From: Chrysomallon squamiferum
Taxonomy: Eukaryota; Animalia; Mollusca
Reading direction: 5' to 3'
DNA: 64,000 nucleotides
Assembly (NCBI GenBank): GCA_012295275.1
Contig: CM022667.1
Location: 6,758,001 to 6,822,000, forward strand
Shown: positions 27,789 through 62,999 of the stretch, piece after piece
Layout: each line of letters begins with the position of its first letter
Position numbering within the stretch: the stretch's first letter is position 1
Position numbers and translations under genes: made by a program
The notes under the pieces: model-generated
What the model was told of the DNA's origin: nothing
What the model saw: the letters and a program-made list of their open reading frames with translations, nothing else
Databases searched by the model: none

Positions 27789-28269
27789 TTTTTCTTTTTA
27801 TATTTAATAATTTTAATAAAAAAATATTTGCCTTTGTGAAAATTCAAGGTATTTATGAAAACAAATATGAAACAGCACTCTGATCAAAATTAGATATATT
27901 TTTATCTGTGATTATTTTAGCTTTTAATTAATATTCTGTTTAAGAATTTTATGAATGAGGATCCAGTTCCTTTATTGTTATTGTTTTAGTTCTAAATTGT
28001 ATTTTTAACGTATTATTATTTTCTTTTTGATTTTAACTTTAGTTTTTAAAAATTAAAATGCTTTTATTTAATTTTATTTTTTTGTTTTTTTAAAAAACAA
28101 ACCAAATTTGCAAAACATATATGTATTAATATACTTACAACAAAAACGAGTTACTTGAGTTTGTACGCAAAATTTCTGACTATCATAGCTCTAATTTTTA
28201 ACGTTCTACGATGTTTAAAACCTCTTCATTATTAAATCATGGAAATAACACAAGCTATCGTACCTTGTG

Positions 28270-28385
28270 TTAATCCCAAGATGGCGATTTGCAGATAATG
28301 ACGTCATGTAACGACGAGCATTTTGGCTTCACGTGATCATGAATTACGTCAAAGTGGATTTATACTTCCGCCGTCTTCTGTGAAT
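28270..28385. promoter_or_regulatory. Dense promoter-like motif cluster
   Basis: YY1-type CAAGATGGCG (28278), CRE TGACGTCA (28299), E-box TCACGTGA (28329), TTACGTCA (28344) and ETS-like ACTTCCGCC (28364) within ~100 bp. Confidence 0.55.
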
Positions 28386-28882
28386 AAACGTTTAAAACAC
28401 TGGCTTTTTGTTGTTTTCTTTTCCTTTCTTTTTTTTTTTTTTTCTGAAGTGTTCCACAACGGTGTCATTCATTTCTGAGTCATAAATATTTTCAAAACGA
28501 AACATTTATAGTACACAGTTAACGTCTTGACATATTACAATAACTAATAACTTCACATCCTGATTGATTTTTATTATTATTATTTTTTTTATTTTTTTTA
28601 TTTATTATTTAAGTGAAAATAATATTAGGCCTACTGCTTCTGCTTGTAATAGTAATAACAACTGTAATATTATATTTGGGATTTATGTGATAATTCTAAA
28701 AGAATTTATTTATTAAGAGTTGGAATAATAATGTATTTACTAAATTTGTTCGTGAAACCAGTTTACTACCATAACGACTATCATGGGACATATCAAAACT
28801 TTAAGTATTTCGTTCAGACAGGAATTTGAAAATAAAATAAAATAAAATTAAATTAAAAATTAAAAAAAAAGAAGAAAACATA

Positions 28883-28916
<34 letters not shown>

Positions 28917-29179
28917 TTAATAATAATTTGAAAATGTTGCAATGATTAAATAATAACTATAGCAGTTATTTTGTTTTGTTTTAAATTTATCAGTTACACA
29001 TTTAATATAAAAGATAAGTCTGTTTATTTTTTTTATATTACGTTAACTGGTTAAAAGAAGAGCTAAATAAATAAATGATATAACAGTTCCATCAGTTATT
29101 ATATTCACGTTTTTCAAAAATGTTTGGCAACCTCTATGACCAAATACTTTTGTTTAAATGGTTTTGAAATTATGATACA

Positions 29180-29269
29180 ACCCCTCATCATCCGGGCAGA
29201 CGCGTCACCAGCCTCGGTTTGAAATATGTGCACGGATCACCGCCATATTGGTTAAATTTTTGTAAAAAT

Positions 29270-29270
<1 letters not shown>
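29180..29270 (+). promoter_or_regulatory. Proximal promoter / 5' UTR of ZNF236
   Basis: CpG-richer patch with YY1-like CGCCATATT at 29241, just upstream of the ATG at 29270. Confidence 0.45.
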
Positions 29271-51014
<21,744 letters not shown>

Positions 51015-51185
51015 CTTGGTGATTGTTTTGAAAGGTCAAGGTCACCAGGAAACCTTTAACCTCTGTTTTGAACCTGTAAAATGTCTGAGAAAAGATATTT
51101 TAAAAAGTCGTTACTGCTTGCTATTTCTCCCGGAACATGTTAAACTGAAATGTCACAGTATTAAGAAAACGTTGATCTTTTTCTT

Positions 51186-51422
51186 ATGTGTTTGATGTAA
51201 CACTCTGATAAACAGTTCTGTGTGTTTGATGTAACACTCTGATAAACAGTTCTGTGTGTTTGATGTAACACTCTGATAAACAGTTCTGTGTGTTTGACGT
51301 AACGCTCTGATAAACAGTTCTGTGTGTTTGATGTAACACTGATAAACAGTTCTGTGTGTTTGATCTAACGCTCTGATAAACAGTTCTGTGTGTTTGACGT
51401 AACACTGATAAACAGTTCTGTG
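51186..51422. repeat. 34-bp tandem repeat in the ZNF236 3' region
   Basis: Seven copies of GTGTTTGATGTAACACTCTGATAAACAGTTCTGT. Confidence 0.92.
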
Positions 51423-51882
51423 ACATTTGTGAACACAAAAATGATGTGATATTGGACAAGATCTGAAACTTGAGCTCAAAGTCTGACATTGTTGTTTTTT
51501 TTGTTTGTTTTTTTGAGACTTTATTTGTTTGTGGTTTCATAAATTAACACGAGGTGATTTTTCAAACAACAAAATTAAAACATAAGTTTTCTTCTTATAA
51601 AACACTATTGCAGAAATATGAAAAATAGTTTTCAAAGGAACAATGTTAATTAAAAAATCAAAAAAAAAAAGTGAAATACTACAGATTTGACTAAGAACTA
51701 ACAGAAAACTATTTTTTTTTTTTTTTTTTTTTTTTTTATTTTTATCTAAACTAACACGTTTTTCATAGACATGTGGCCGTTTTAGACCGACTGAAACCTC
51801 GAAGGTTTTTATACGAGGAAACGAAATGTGGCTTTTAGATCAGTGATATAAAAACTCTGTACAGAGAAACAGTTGGTTTGGG

Positions 51883-52042
51883 TTTTAGACCAACTGTACT
51901 GAACAAAAACAAGTTAGGAAAACAGCTGTTCTGAAACACACTGAGAGAGGCGTGGTGTTTTAGACCAACTGTACTGAACAAAAACAAGTTAGGAAAACAG
52001 CTGTTCTGAAACACACTGAGAGAGGCGTGGTGTTTTAGACCA
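51883..52042. repeat. ~76-bp direct duplication
   Basis: TTTTAGACCAACTGTACTGAACAAAAACAAGTTAGG...GAGAGGCGTGGTG twice. Confidence 0.9.
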
Positions 52043-53174
52043 AACTGCTGTGCGACACCCAGAGAACACTCAGGTTTTTTAACAATGGACCAAACTGCCT
52101 TGTATTGCAATATTATATTTATTTGTTAACTGTTGTCTGTTTACATAAAACATTTTCAACTTTCTAGTGTTGACATTATTTCTCTGTTCTTTCAGATTTA
52201 AAAGCCAGAACATTAACTGTTGTACTCAGCCTCAGTCTTTGTAAGCTTTTTGTATTCCTGGAATAATTTTAATTTTTAATGTTTTCTGGCTTGGTTTTTT
52301 TTTATAATGTTAGTAGCAGCCTGTACTAAACAATTTTAACGATTATACCTAATACACAAGAATCATGTTATTCCAAAATATATCTACATACATACACATA
52401 GACACACACAACAGAGACGCCTGAAGAACAAAATAAGTGAACAGACTAATATGAACTGCAGACTTACATTTCATTATAAAAATAATTAATGTTTCGTGAT
52501 AAAATCTGAAATACTGCAGTGTCTGTTTGTTTACACAGCAACACCTGTCAAATAGTTCAGTTTACTTTTGGATAAAATAAAATAAATAATTAATTAAATA
52601 AAATCAAAATATAATTTTAAATAAATAAAAACAGTAAAATAGATAAATAAGCAAAAATAACAGAAGGAAAAAATAAAAAAGACACGACTATGTAATTTAT
52701 AGAGAACTCGTAATTTTTATAACTCAACTTTGCTTTATAGTTTTACAAAATTTATTTAAATTTTTTGTATTTATATTTTCAGAATATAATTTATAAATCT
52801 AAAAAAAATGACAAATTTTAGCACTTAATAACAATAGTCAAAGAACAAATACACATTTGAAAGTGAAGCAAATTTATTCACAGAAAGAAATTGTAATATA
52901 ATGTAAACATTGATAAAACAATGTAAACAATAATTGTAGGATATTGTAATATAATGTAAACATTGATAAAACAATGTAGTCTTTAATAATGTAGAACACT
53001 GTAAATCAATGTAAACAATAATGTAGGAAACTGTTATATAAGGATTAGCAATGTAGAGATAACAATGTAAATATTAGTAATGTAGGATAATTCAGTGTAA
53101 ACATTTAGTAATGTAATACAATGTAAAAACTGAGGATGAATTTTAGGACTGTAAAACAGAGCCAAGTCCAGATA

Positions 53175-53213
<39 letters not shown>

Positions 53214-53241
53214 CCATAAAATAACATTTAAAAAAAAAAAA

Positions 53242-53281
<40 letters not shown>

Positions 53282-53859
53282 CCATAAAATAACATTTAAA
53301 AAAAAAAAAAAAAAATAATAATAATAATATAATAAGTACAGGAATTAAATAATAATAAATAAATAAATTTAATTATTTGAACTAAGCTCAGTTTAAAAAA
53401 TATGGAGAGAGAGAGAAAAAAAGAAGATAAATAAAGGACGTTAAAAATGGGATTAAATACTTAAAGCTTTAATTAAATTTGGCCATATTTGTGCCCACAA
53501 GGATTTCAACCAATCAAACAACATATACAAAGTTATTTATAGACAATGAGGCTTTGCCTGCACATGACGTATGTACACAAACATTAATACATTGTATATA
53601 TTAATGACATAACAAGTAATTTAAATTCAACACAAGAAATTCTTTTTTAAAACAGGATGAAGTTTTTTATTTAAAATTTTATTATATAAATAAAATAAAA
53701 ATTAAGTAAGTAAATAATAAATTGAAAACATGACTAACAGTGAGTAAAAATTGAATCAAAGTTGTTTTTGTTTTGTTTAATATGTTTTAATGAATAAAAG
53801 AATGGATATGTATGCATGTATATGAGTACATACAAATGTGTATGTATGTATATGTGTGT

Positions 53860-54205
53860 ATGTGTTTATGTAAGTATATGTTTGTAAGTATGTGTGTGTA
53901 TGTAAGTATATGTTTGTAAGTATGTATATCAGCATATATGTGTGTTTATGTAAGTATATGTATGTAAGTATGTGTGTGTATGTAAGTATATGTTTGTAAG
54001 TATGTATATCAGTATATATGTGTGTTTATGTAAGTATATGTATGTAAGTATGTGTGTGTATGTAAGTATATGTTTGTAAGTATGTATATCAGTATATATG
54101 TGTGTTTATGTAAGTATATGTATGTAAGTATGTGTGTGTATGTAAGTATATGTTTGTAAGTATGTATATCAGTATATATGTGTGTTTATGTAAGTATATG
54201 TTTAT
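53860..54205. repeat. 80-bp TATG/GTAA-rich tandem repeat
   Basis: TGTGTTTATGTAAGTATATG recurs at 53941, 54021, 54101 and 54181. Confidence 0.9.
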
Positions 54206-57200
54206 GTATCTATAAACTATGTTTATTACTAAATTAATTTTCTGTTTAATCTGACTAAATGTGTAGCACCAACAAAGAAATTACAAACACAAAACTTTAT
54301 TTTTAAACTTTGTTCTATAGCAACTTTCATCATCACTTTGAAAAAAGTAAAGATAAATAAAATAATAAATAAAACATTATTATTATCATTACTTTTTTAA
54401 ATATTAATTTCTTTTATTAATAACCTTTTATAGAAGAGACACTTTTTTTTTAAATTATAAAATTTGATCTAAGCTCAGTTTGTAAATAAATGCACTTGTA
54501 TCATGTTACATGTACATGATGTTTAAACCACCAAAACAAAAAAATTAACATCATGTTTAACTTTGTACAATACTAAATGAAGGAATGCAAAGAATTCACT
54601 TTAAGATAGAAATTTAAATATTTATATATACTAATACTTACTACACTAGAGAGGAAACATTTTTCCATTAAAATTAATAAGACAAATTTTAAAGGAAAGA
54701 AAACATTAAAATCACATTTCAAATATTGTGTTTGTGAATTACTTTTCAAGTTGAATGTATGACGAATAAATATTTAAAATGCCAAAAAAAAGAAGAAACA
54801 AACAAAAATAAAATTAAAGATGCCGTATATAAAAATGAAATTGGTTTTGGATATGATATGCTTATGCAATATATTTCATACAAAAACATTGGAATATAAT
54901 ATGCAGGTATATAATAATATATAGTGAAGGTAACAAACATGGCAACATCTTGACTTACAAAAACAAGGAAAAATAACATGAAATATACAGGTAATATTAA
55001 AATATACACATGCAGGTAATATTAAAATGTAAGTGTTTTGTGCTGTTCTGATAAAAACGGTGTCTATGGGAAAAGTGATGAGATAAGGGGGGAAAAATTA
55101 TAATTTGATGTTAACACAAAATAAAAAAACAAAAAATAATTAAAAAAACGTTAATATGGACTTTGTGAAATATGAACATGTAAACTGCTAATGTTTGGTT
55201 TTTTTGACTGAAATTTCTAACAGCTAGAAATAAAAAATAAAAAAAAATAATAATAATAATAGAGTCGTAAATAATGAATAAAACTTCGTGTTATCTGTGG
55301 ATTCTGAGTGATGCTGCCAATAATAAACAAACTTGTATGTTAATATTGATAAATGAGCTTGAATCATGAATTTTATGGCTTTTTTTAATTTTTAATTTTT
55401 TTTAAAAATAAAATAAAAATAAGGATAATAATAATAATAATAATAATACTTAAAGTGTATTGGCAGATACAAAATTAAATTAATTATATTCAAAAATTAT
55501 TTCCTGTTCTAACCACACCTCTATTTTGTGTTTATTAAAGCTTACAGTTCTGAGTTAAGGATAGCACACTGAGAACAGTTTAAAACAAAACACTGGTTAT
55601 ACTTTGGATTTCACAAGAAATGGCGTTCTGTTATAATCATTTAGCAATACTGTGTTTAAAAAAAACAACATTAAACATGTAAATTAGCACTGTGGAATTA
55701 TAAAATTGTGGAATTTTAAATAAAACAACAAAAATGAGGATTGGGTGGGTTAAAATAAAACAAAAAACTAAAAGATAAAAATAAACTGAAAACTTTTTTG
55801 TGTTTATCTCATTCAGTAACAGAACTGTATTTCAGTGTTTGAATGATAAGTCACATGACACAAATACAACTCTGTGATTGGCTGAATTGTCACTGTCAAT
55901 ACTGTCAGACCCAAAAATAAAATAAAATGTTTGTAACATTGTAATTGAAACCAAATTTAAACTGGATAATATTACATTTCAATAACAGTGTCAGAATATT
56001 GTAACATTGTTCAACATTAAAATAATTCAGTGTCATCGCCATGGTAACACTGTTAAACCTTAAAAATATATCAAATCAAAACTAAATATATGGCAGTATG
56101 ACACTGTTAAACAGTAATAACAGTCTTAATCTTCAGACAGAAAAATGAATTATACTGTGGTGTTTCAGTAAATATGTAAAAACTAAAATATCTGTGGTTT
56201 AATTAGCTAACAAATACAAAATTAAAATGACAAAACTAAAGTTCAAAATGGGGAACATTAAGAAATAAAATCTATTTTTAAACATTAAAAACAAAAACAA
56301 CAAATGCTGCCAATTTAGCACATTAAGATGTCAACTTTACACAAGTATAAAATGTTTACATTTTAACTTAATGAAATGTGATTATGCTGGTAGTGTTACA
56401 GATATTATTATGCATAAGCAAAATGGCAGATTGAGGAAAAGTGTAATTTTTAAAAAGTTTTAATTAAAACTGTATAAATTGTGGGATTGGTGAAAACAGG
56501 GTTTGGTAAGATTATGTCAGACATATTTACTATTTAGAACTGATGTATCTGAATGTTTAACCACTCATACCATGTTCAGTACTACAGCATTCACAGTTTT
56601 TATAAAATTAAACCAGTTTTTGTAATTTATTTATTATTGTTTTATCGATCACCCTTCAACCACACCTAGATTTCTCTGTACAATTAAACTGTAACACTTT
56701 GTAAGTTTTGTTTCATAGTTAAATTCACAAATTTCAAAAACAATAGCAAATTCAATAATTAAATAAAATAAAAAACACAAAAAAAACCACCAACTAAATT
56801 AATAATAATAATAATAATAAATGAAATAAAACTATTAATAAAATCCTTACTTTAACAAATAAAAATCAAACACAGTTTGTTACTTTCGCACTTAAAGACA
56901 AATTAATAATAATAAACTAATGAAAAGTTTAAACAATGTTTTTGTTTAATTGTTAAAATGTAAAAATCAAATAGCACTATGAAGTAAATGGATTTTTTAC
57001 AAGTTGTAGTGTAAAACAATTGACTGAGAAAACAAATTAATAGATTTCTTTGTTGTTTTTTTGTGAAAAATGGTAAAACAAACATGAAAAACGTATTGCT
57101 TTTGTTTCTCAAAACAATAGTTAAAAAACAATTAAAAAATACAAGACTACAATACATAAATGCAACTGAAAGTTACTGTAAAAATATAAAATAAAATAAA

Positions 57201-57955
57201 AATGTACAGAGATAATGATGTGAAGATATTTATTTATTCTGTGTTGTGTTAAGAATGAGGGATAACATTTAGTTAAATATTAGTTTTGTGTTTACTTTTG
57301 TGTGTTTGTCATGTTCTAGTGAGTTCGTGAAAAACAAGAGAACATAGACACTGCAAATCAAAAATAAATAAATAAATAAATACAATTAAAAAATCCAACA
57401 AACCCAATACAAATAAAGAAACAAATAAATAAATAAAAACACAGTACTGTATATTTTAAAAGTTACATCTTTCACTTGTATCATGTTTTCATTTTAATAA
57501 GATTTTTGAGTTGAGTAATTAAATGTTTGTCAGATTGTATTAGTAATGTGAAAAATTATCTGATTTACATATTTAATGTTTGCTGACAGATATCATTACT
57601 AATCTCTGACAGTGCTTGATAGTGTGTTCATGTGTGTGTGTGTGTGTGTGTCTGTCTGTGTGTGTGTGTGTCTGTCTGTGTGTGTGTGTGATTGAAAGAG
57701 AGACAGAGAGAGAGAGAGAGAAAAACATATAGATAATTACTGATTTATGTGTTTTTCTAGGTGATGTATATTTTTTTTTTCAGAAAATTAATCATCAAAG
57801 CAATAAAATGTCAAGAGAACATGTTACGCATGTTGGATGTATAATGTTTGTGTTTTATACGTGTAGCTAATTATCTCATGTAAATATAACCCCTATCAAT
57901 AGGAAAAACAAAAATAAAAATAAAATAAAAATAAACAAGTATTAATAATAATAAC

Positions 57956-58036
<81 letters not shown>

Positions 58037-58417
58037 TAATAAAAATAATAATAATAATAATAATAATAAAAATAATAAAAGATAAAATAGAGAAAAGAAA
58101 GATGTTATAAGCACTGTTTGTAGTAAGTGTCATAACTGACTTCAGTGTGGTTGCTAGGAAACTATTTTCTGTAAATGATACCCATGTGCCTGTTTGAGAA
58201 AAAATGAACCAGTATGTCTGACAATAATGATAATAACAAACCCAGGAAGAAAACTTATGAAGATGAAGGACACACTGACAATGGATATGAGGGTTTGGGG
58301 GTGGTTTTAATGATTCTTGCATAAGAACAATTCATAGTAAAAGACACGAGCACAGTAAGGGAAGAAGAAAGAGCATTACAATAGAAACTCTATGAAGTTG
58401 AGGTGAGCGAGACAAAG

Positions 58418-60461
58418 CTATTTGCCCTTGTTTGCCAGTTCCTGCGCCATCTCGTAGTACTTGGAGAACTTGGCGGTGTGGTCGAGGGGCAGGTAGACAT
58501 AGGGACTCATGTTGAATGCCTCCTTGATGCCGTACATCTTGACGCTGGAGAGGTGGCAGCGACTTAGGTGGTAGCGGTACGAGCCCTTCGACGCGAACTG
58601 CCGGCTGCACGCAGCACACTTGTACTCCACCAGGTCTCCTTCGCTGCCCGCTCCTTCAGCAGCCTCCTCCAGACTGTCATCCAGCTGATGATGATGATGA
58701 TGTTGATGATGACCACCGTCGTCGTCCACATCATCGTCGACGTCATCGTCGTCGTCACAGTCTGCTGGTTTCAGAGAGAGGTTGAGAGGTCGGACGTCCG
58801 GTGATGGACACAGAGGTAACACACAGTCTGACTTCAGCATCTGTGGGATTTCTGTCCTCGTCAGCAGCTTCTGCAGACTGTCCAGTGGGTGCTCGCTGGT
58901 CAGCGGCTGACCGTAGACAAAGCTGCTGAGCGAGTCCAAGGCAGAGCCCTTGCTGGCCACACCCTGCCCGTCCACACACAGGTACTTGTTCACCAGGGAC
59001 TCTTCATCGTCGGGCTTTGACAGGGGGGGAGGGGAGGGGGAGTTTTTTTCACTTTTCACTGGAAGTGGGGACTGCTCGTCTTTGGTTTCGCTTTTAGAAG
59101 TTGCTGGAAGCTGGTGACAGCTTCCTTTCACTTTAGTCTCTGTGGATTTCTCTCTGTCAGCACCGTTTTCTAATACTGCTTTCTTCACCCCTTCGTCAAA
59201 AGAAAAACACTTCCTGAACTTACTGAAGTAGTTCAAGGACGTCTCAGTGTTTGTTGTTGTTGACGACGATGACGATGATGATGCGGTACTCTGTAAAGGG
59301 ACACAACTTTTGCTGACAGGACTCATCATGCTGACGATGTTCTTGCGATGGTGGTCGAACGTTGACATGAAGCTGCGCTGTATGAACGACTCCATCGCTT
59401 TGAGAGCAGAGCTGGAACTCTCCGCCACATCTGTGCTGTCAGGGTCGATTATGTCCATCGGTTTCCTAGGCAACAGCTCTTCATCCTTCTGTCTGATCCT
59501 GTCCATATCAGAATGTTTGTTATCAGAATCTGTTCTGTCGTGGATCATGTTCTTCAAATCAGAATCATGGGTGTTGAGATGTTTTCTGAACATAAAGTGT
59601 AAACTTCGGTTACCACTGTTCAAACCCTCCTTACTTTCACCTTTATCTTCCTCCGTTTTGTTGAAAACATCTTTTAGCTTTGTTAATTTATCAGTTTCAG
59701 ACTTTACACTTTCTACTGATTCATTATCAGTCTTGGTAATCTGCCCTAATTCACAATCAGTCTGGGTAACTTGTCCCAATTCACAATCAGTCTTGGTAAC
59801 TTGTCCCAATTCACAATCAGTCTTGGCAACTTGTCCCAATTCACAATCAGTCTTGGTCATCTGCCCTGATTCACAATCAGGACTAGTACATTTTTTTACT
59901 TCATTTTTTATTTCAGTGTTTTTTCCAGATTCCAAATCATGAGTGCTAACTTGTCCTGATTCACAATCAGGACTGGTACATTTCTCCAATTTAAAATCAG
60001 GACAAAAGTTATCTGGTTTTGAATCAGACTTTGTGACATGATCAGACTGCTGTTGCGTTAGAGTGTCAGGCACAGAACATTTGTTCTCCTGATCCACACT
60101 GCCAGTGGAACACCTCTGTTTGTCAGAGCACTGTGGACTAGAACAGTGAATGTTCTCACAATCACTATGTGAGTCTGTGTTGTGATTTGTTTGTGATTTC
60201 ACTGAATCGTGACTGATTGATGAATCAGCAGATTTCACATTTTCATTACAGTCACACCGAGATTCTGATTTGTCAGATTTCTCACTGACATTTCCTTCTG
60301 TGTTGTCACCAGTCACCATCTCTTTTAGAGAGGTGTCACCCAAATGATTTGTCAGACTGTCAGAATGATTTAATGACTTGTCACCACAATCATCATTCAC
60401 TTTACAATCATCCGAATTGTGACATTTTGAATCATCTATTTGTTTTTCATCACATCTCTGC

Positions 60462-60493
<32 letters not shown>

Positions 60494-62599
60494 ATCCTCT
60501 GTAACTTCTTTTTTCACGACAACATCAAGCATCTGACTGTTACTTTTCTTGGAGCTGCTCTCGTTTGTGGTTGCTGTGGAAACATTTGACTGCAGTGAGA
60601 TTTCTTTTCCTCCAAGATACTTTTCACTTAATTTTTCACTTTCACCAGAGACAGAGGACTTTTCGTGGTTTATCGTGTGACACAGTGAGTGTGAGACTCT
60701 GCTCTGTTTTAAAACACTGTCACTCACTCCTTTCAGCTGCTCACTGCACTCACCTGACCTCACACGCTCTGGAAACAGAGAGGACAGCTTTAGCGAGCTG
60801 CTGATTTTTGTAGCTTTCACTTGCTGAGGTAAAGACATTCTGTCCCTGTCACTGACAATGTTCGACTCTGCTTGTTTCTCATCTTTTATGTCATCAAACG
60901 TCTTCTTGTACATGTTCTCCATGATTTCATACACGTCCTTCCCGTTGAGCAGGTGTTCCTTCTTGATTCTGTGAAGTTTCTTCAGTGCGCGGATCGCGTC
61001 TTTCTTTGCCTGTTCCCGAGGGGAGAAGGGTCTCTGCAGCCCTTGCTTGATGAGAGGTGAGTGAAGATGATGTCTGTTTCTGCTGTACTCTGGCTTCATC
61101 TTGCTGTTTTCATGTTTCAGTCTGCTGTCTGACTTGTGTCTGAACCTCGCCGACTCGTCCACGGTTAACTTGTGTTTGAGGGCGTCGATGACGTCAGACT
61201 TCTGCTTGAGACACACTCTGACGTGATCCACAAACATCTCCATGTCAATCTTCTGTGTGCAGTTCTCACAGGTGATCACACCGTCCACCTTCCCGGTCAC
61301 TGCGTCCGAGAATCCGTTTGTTGAGCCAAACGACAGACACTTACGCTTGAAGTCGAGCAGAGACGCCACGGTGGTTGTTGTAGTGTCGTCACAGTAGTAG
61401 CGCTTCCTCCTCGACCGGATGCCGAACTCAGTGGCTGCGTAGCTGCCTGCCTGGATGAGCTGCTTCTTGTGGTGACCTGACATGATCATGTGGTTGGCAA
61501 GGCCCTCCATGTCGGTGAATGTATCGTGGCACACCTTGCACTTGAAGATGCACTCTCTGTCCAGCTCCTTCTCGCAGTACGCCGAGCACTTGTGTGACCG
61601 TCTGCCGTGGTCGGAGCTGACGATCTTCGTGTAGTGCTGCGTCTGCATCATATGCACCGTCAACATCGGCAGTGACTTGAACGACTCGCCACACTGCATG
61701 CATCGCAGAATCCTCCTCGTCTGCTCGGACTCCTGGTTCAGCCACATGTCCTGCCCTCGGACCAGTTTCGGGTAGTCCATCACAGACTGAGACTTGGTCA
61801 TCTTCGGCATGTGTCCAGTGTCCTGCAGGTGGACGCTCATCGCGTACAGTGTGCTGAACGTCTTCTGACAGGAGCAGCGGTGCGTGGTGTACTTGCTACC
61901 TCCGTGGTCAACATCGTCGGAGTCGGACAACTCACACTTGTCGAGTGGTGACGATGTTCTGTGGTCCTTCTCACTTTTTGTCAGCGACGCAATCCTCGCC
62001 TTTGTGTGGTTGATGTCGGAGACGTGGTTGCTGGTTGCTGGTGCTGCAAGTGGTGGTCTGAGGAAGGCTTTGCCGTGCACGATGCTGGACTGGAGAGGAA
62101 TGCTGCTGCTCGGTTTCTTCGGTGCGTCGATGGGAAAGTCTCCGCCAAACCGGAGCTGCAGACTCTGCAGACTGGAAGGAAACGCGGAGTGTCCATTGGA
62201 CAGTCCTTTAGACGACTCAGTCCTGTGAGCAGCTTTTGCAGATTTCTTGGACAGGTCGAGGGGCTGGTCGCTGGACGAGATGAAGTAGTTGGACAGGGGC
62301 AGTTTGAGGGAGGCTAAGGGGGGAGAGTGGATGCGGGGGACTGTTTTTGCTTTTCTGGCTTCGTCTGTTTCCATGTGTCCTGTCTGTCTGTCTGTGCTTT
62401 TCTTGTCTGCTGTCTGCTTGCTCGACACAGTCATATTCCCAGATGTCGCTCTTTGTCTTACTTTCTGCATTGCTTACATCAGCATCATCGTCATTCAAAC
62501 CTCCTTCATCATCAGCCTCATCACCAGAGGTCAGTGTGTCTGAGTTGTCTCCCCCTGAATCTGATGACTGTTCACTGTTGTTTGTCTTGCATCTTGAAC
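58418..62599 (-). CDS. tsh: Teashirt/tiptop-family zinc-finger transcription factor (5'-partial)
   Basis: 1350-aa ORF 62470-58418 with CtBP-binding PLDLS, teashirt-type fingers (CSCQKTFSTLYAMSVHLQDTGH; KLVRGQDMWLNQESEQTRRILRCMQCGESFKSLPMLTVHMMQTQHY; CKVCHDTFTDMEGLANHMIMSGH), EHPLDSLQKL, a C-terminal finger CAACSRQFASKGSYRYHLSRCH and KFSKYYEMAQELA. An upstream acidic segment starts at the acceptor TTTCAG|62599; exon 1 was not found in the window. Confidence 0.88.
59726..59985 (-). repeat. In-frame 30-bp coding repeat in teashirt
   Basis: About 5 copies of DCELGQ(V/I)TKT plus two copies of KCTSPDCESGQ. Confidence 0.9.
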
Positions 62600-62963
62600 C
62601 TGAAAGAGGCAAAAACAAAACAAAACAATTATAAATATTAAAAAAACAAACCCATCACAATTATAAATATTATAAAAACAAACACATCACAATTAAAATA
62701 ATAAATAAAAAATAAAAAATAAAAAATAAAAATAACAAGTTAATATAATTTTTCAGTATAAACATGAAAATCACAAGAAAGATAAAACAGACATTGCAAT
62801 ATTTGGTGACAAATTTAAATTAAAACCAATTTTTCTAAATAAATAATTTAATTTTTAACTGACATCAAGAAATAAACTTTTTAACATTAAAAAAACAACT
62901 GTTATAATAACAACAATGAAACTGATAACAATGATAAATAATAATTATGATAATGAAATAATG

Positions 62964-62999
<36 letters not shown>

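Noticed and set aside
62473-62478. GTAAGC donor at 62477 as the teashirt frame-joining intron
   Set aside because: It is phase 0 with no good phase-0 acceptor at a workable distance; the donor at 62461 pairs cleanly with the acceptor at 62314.
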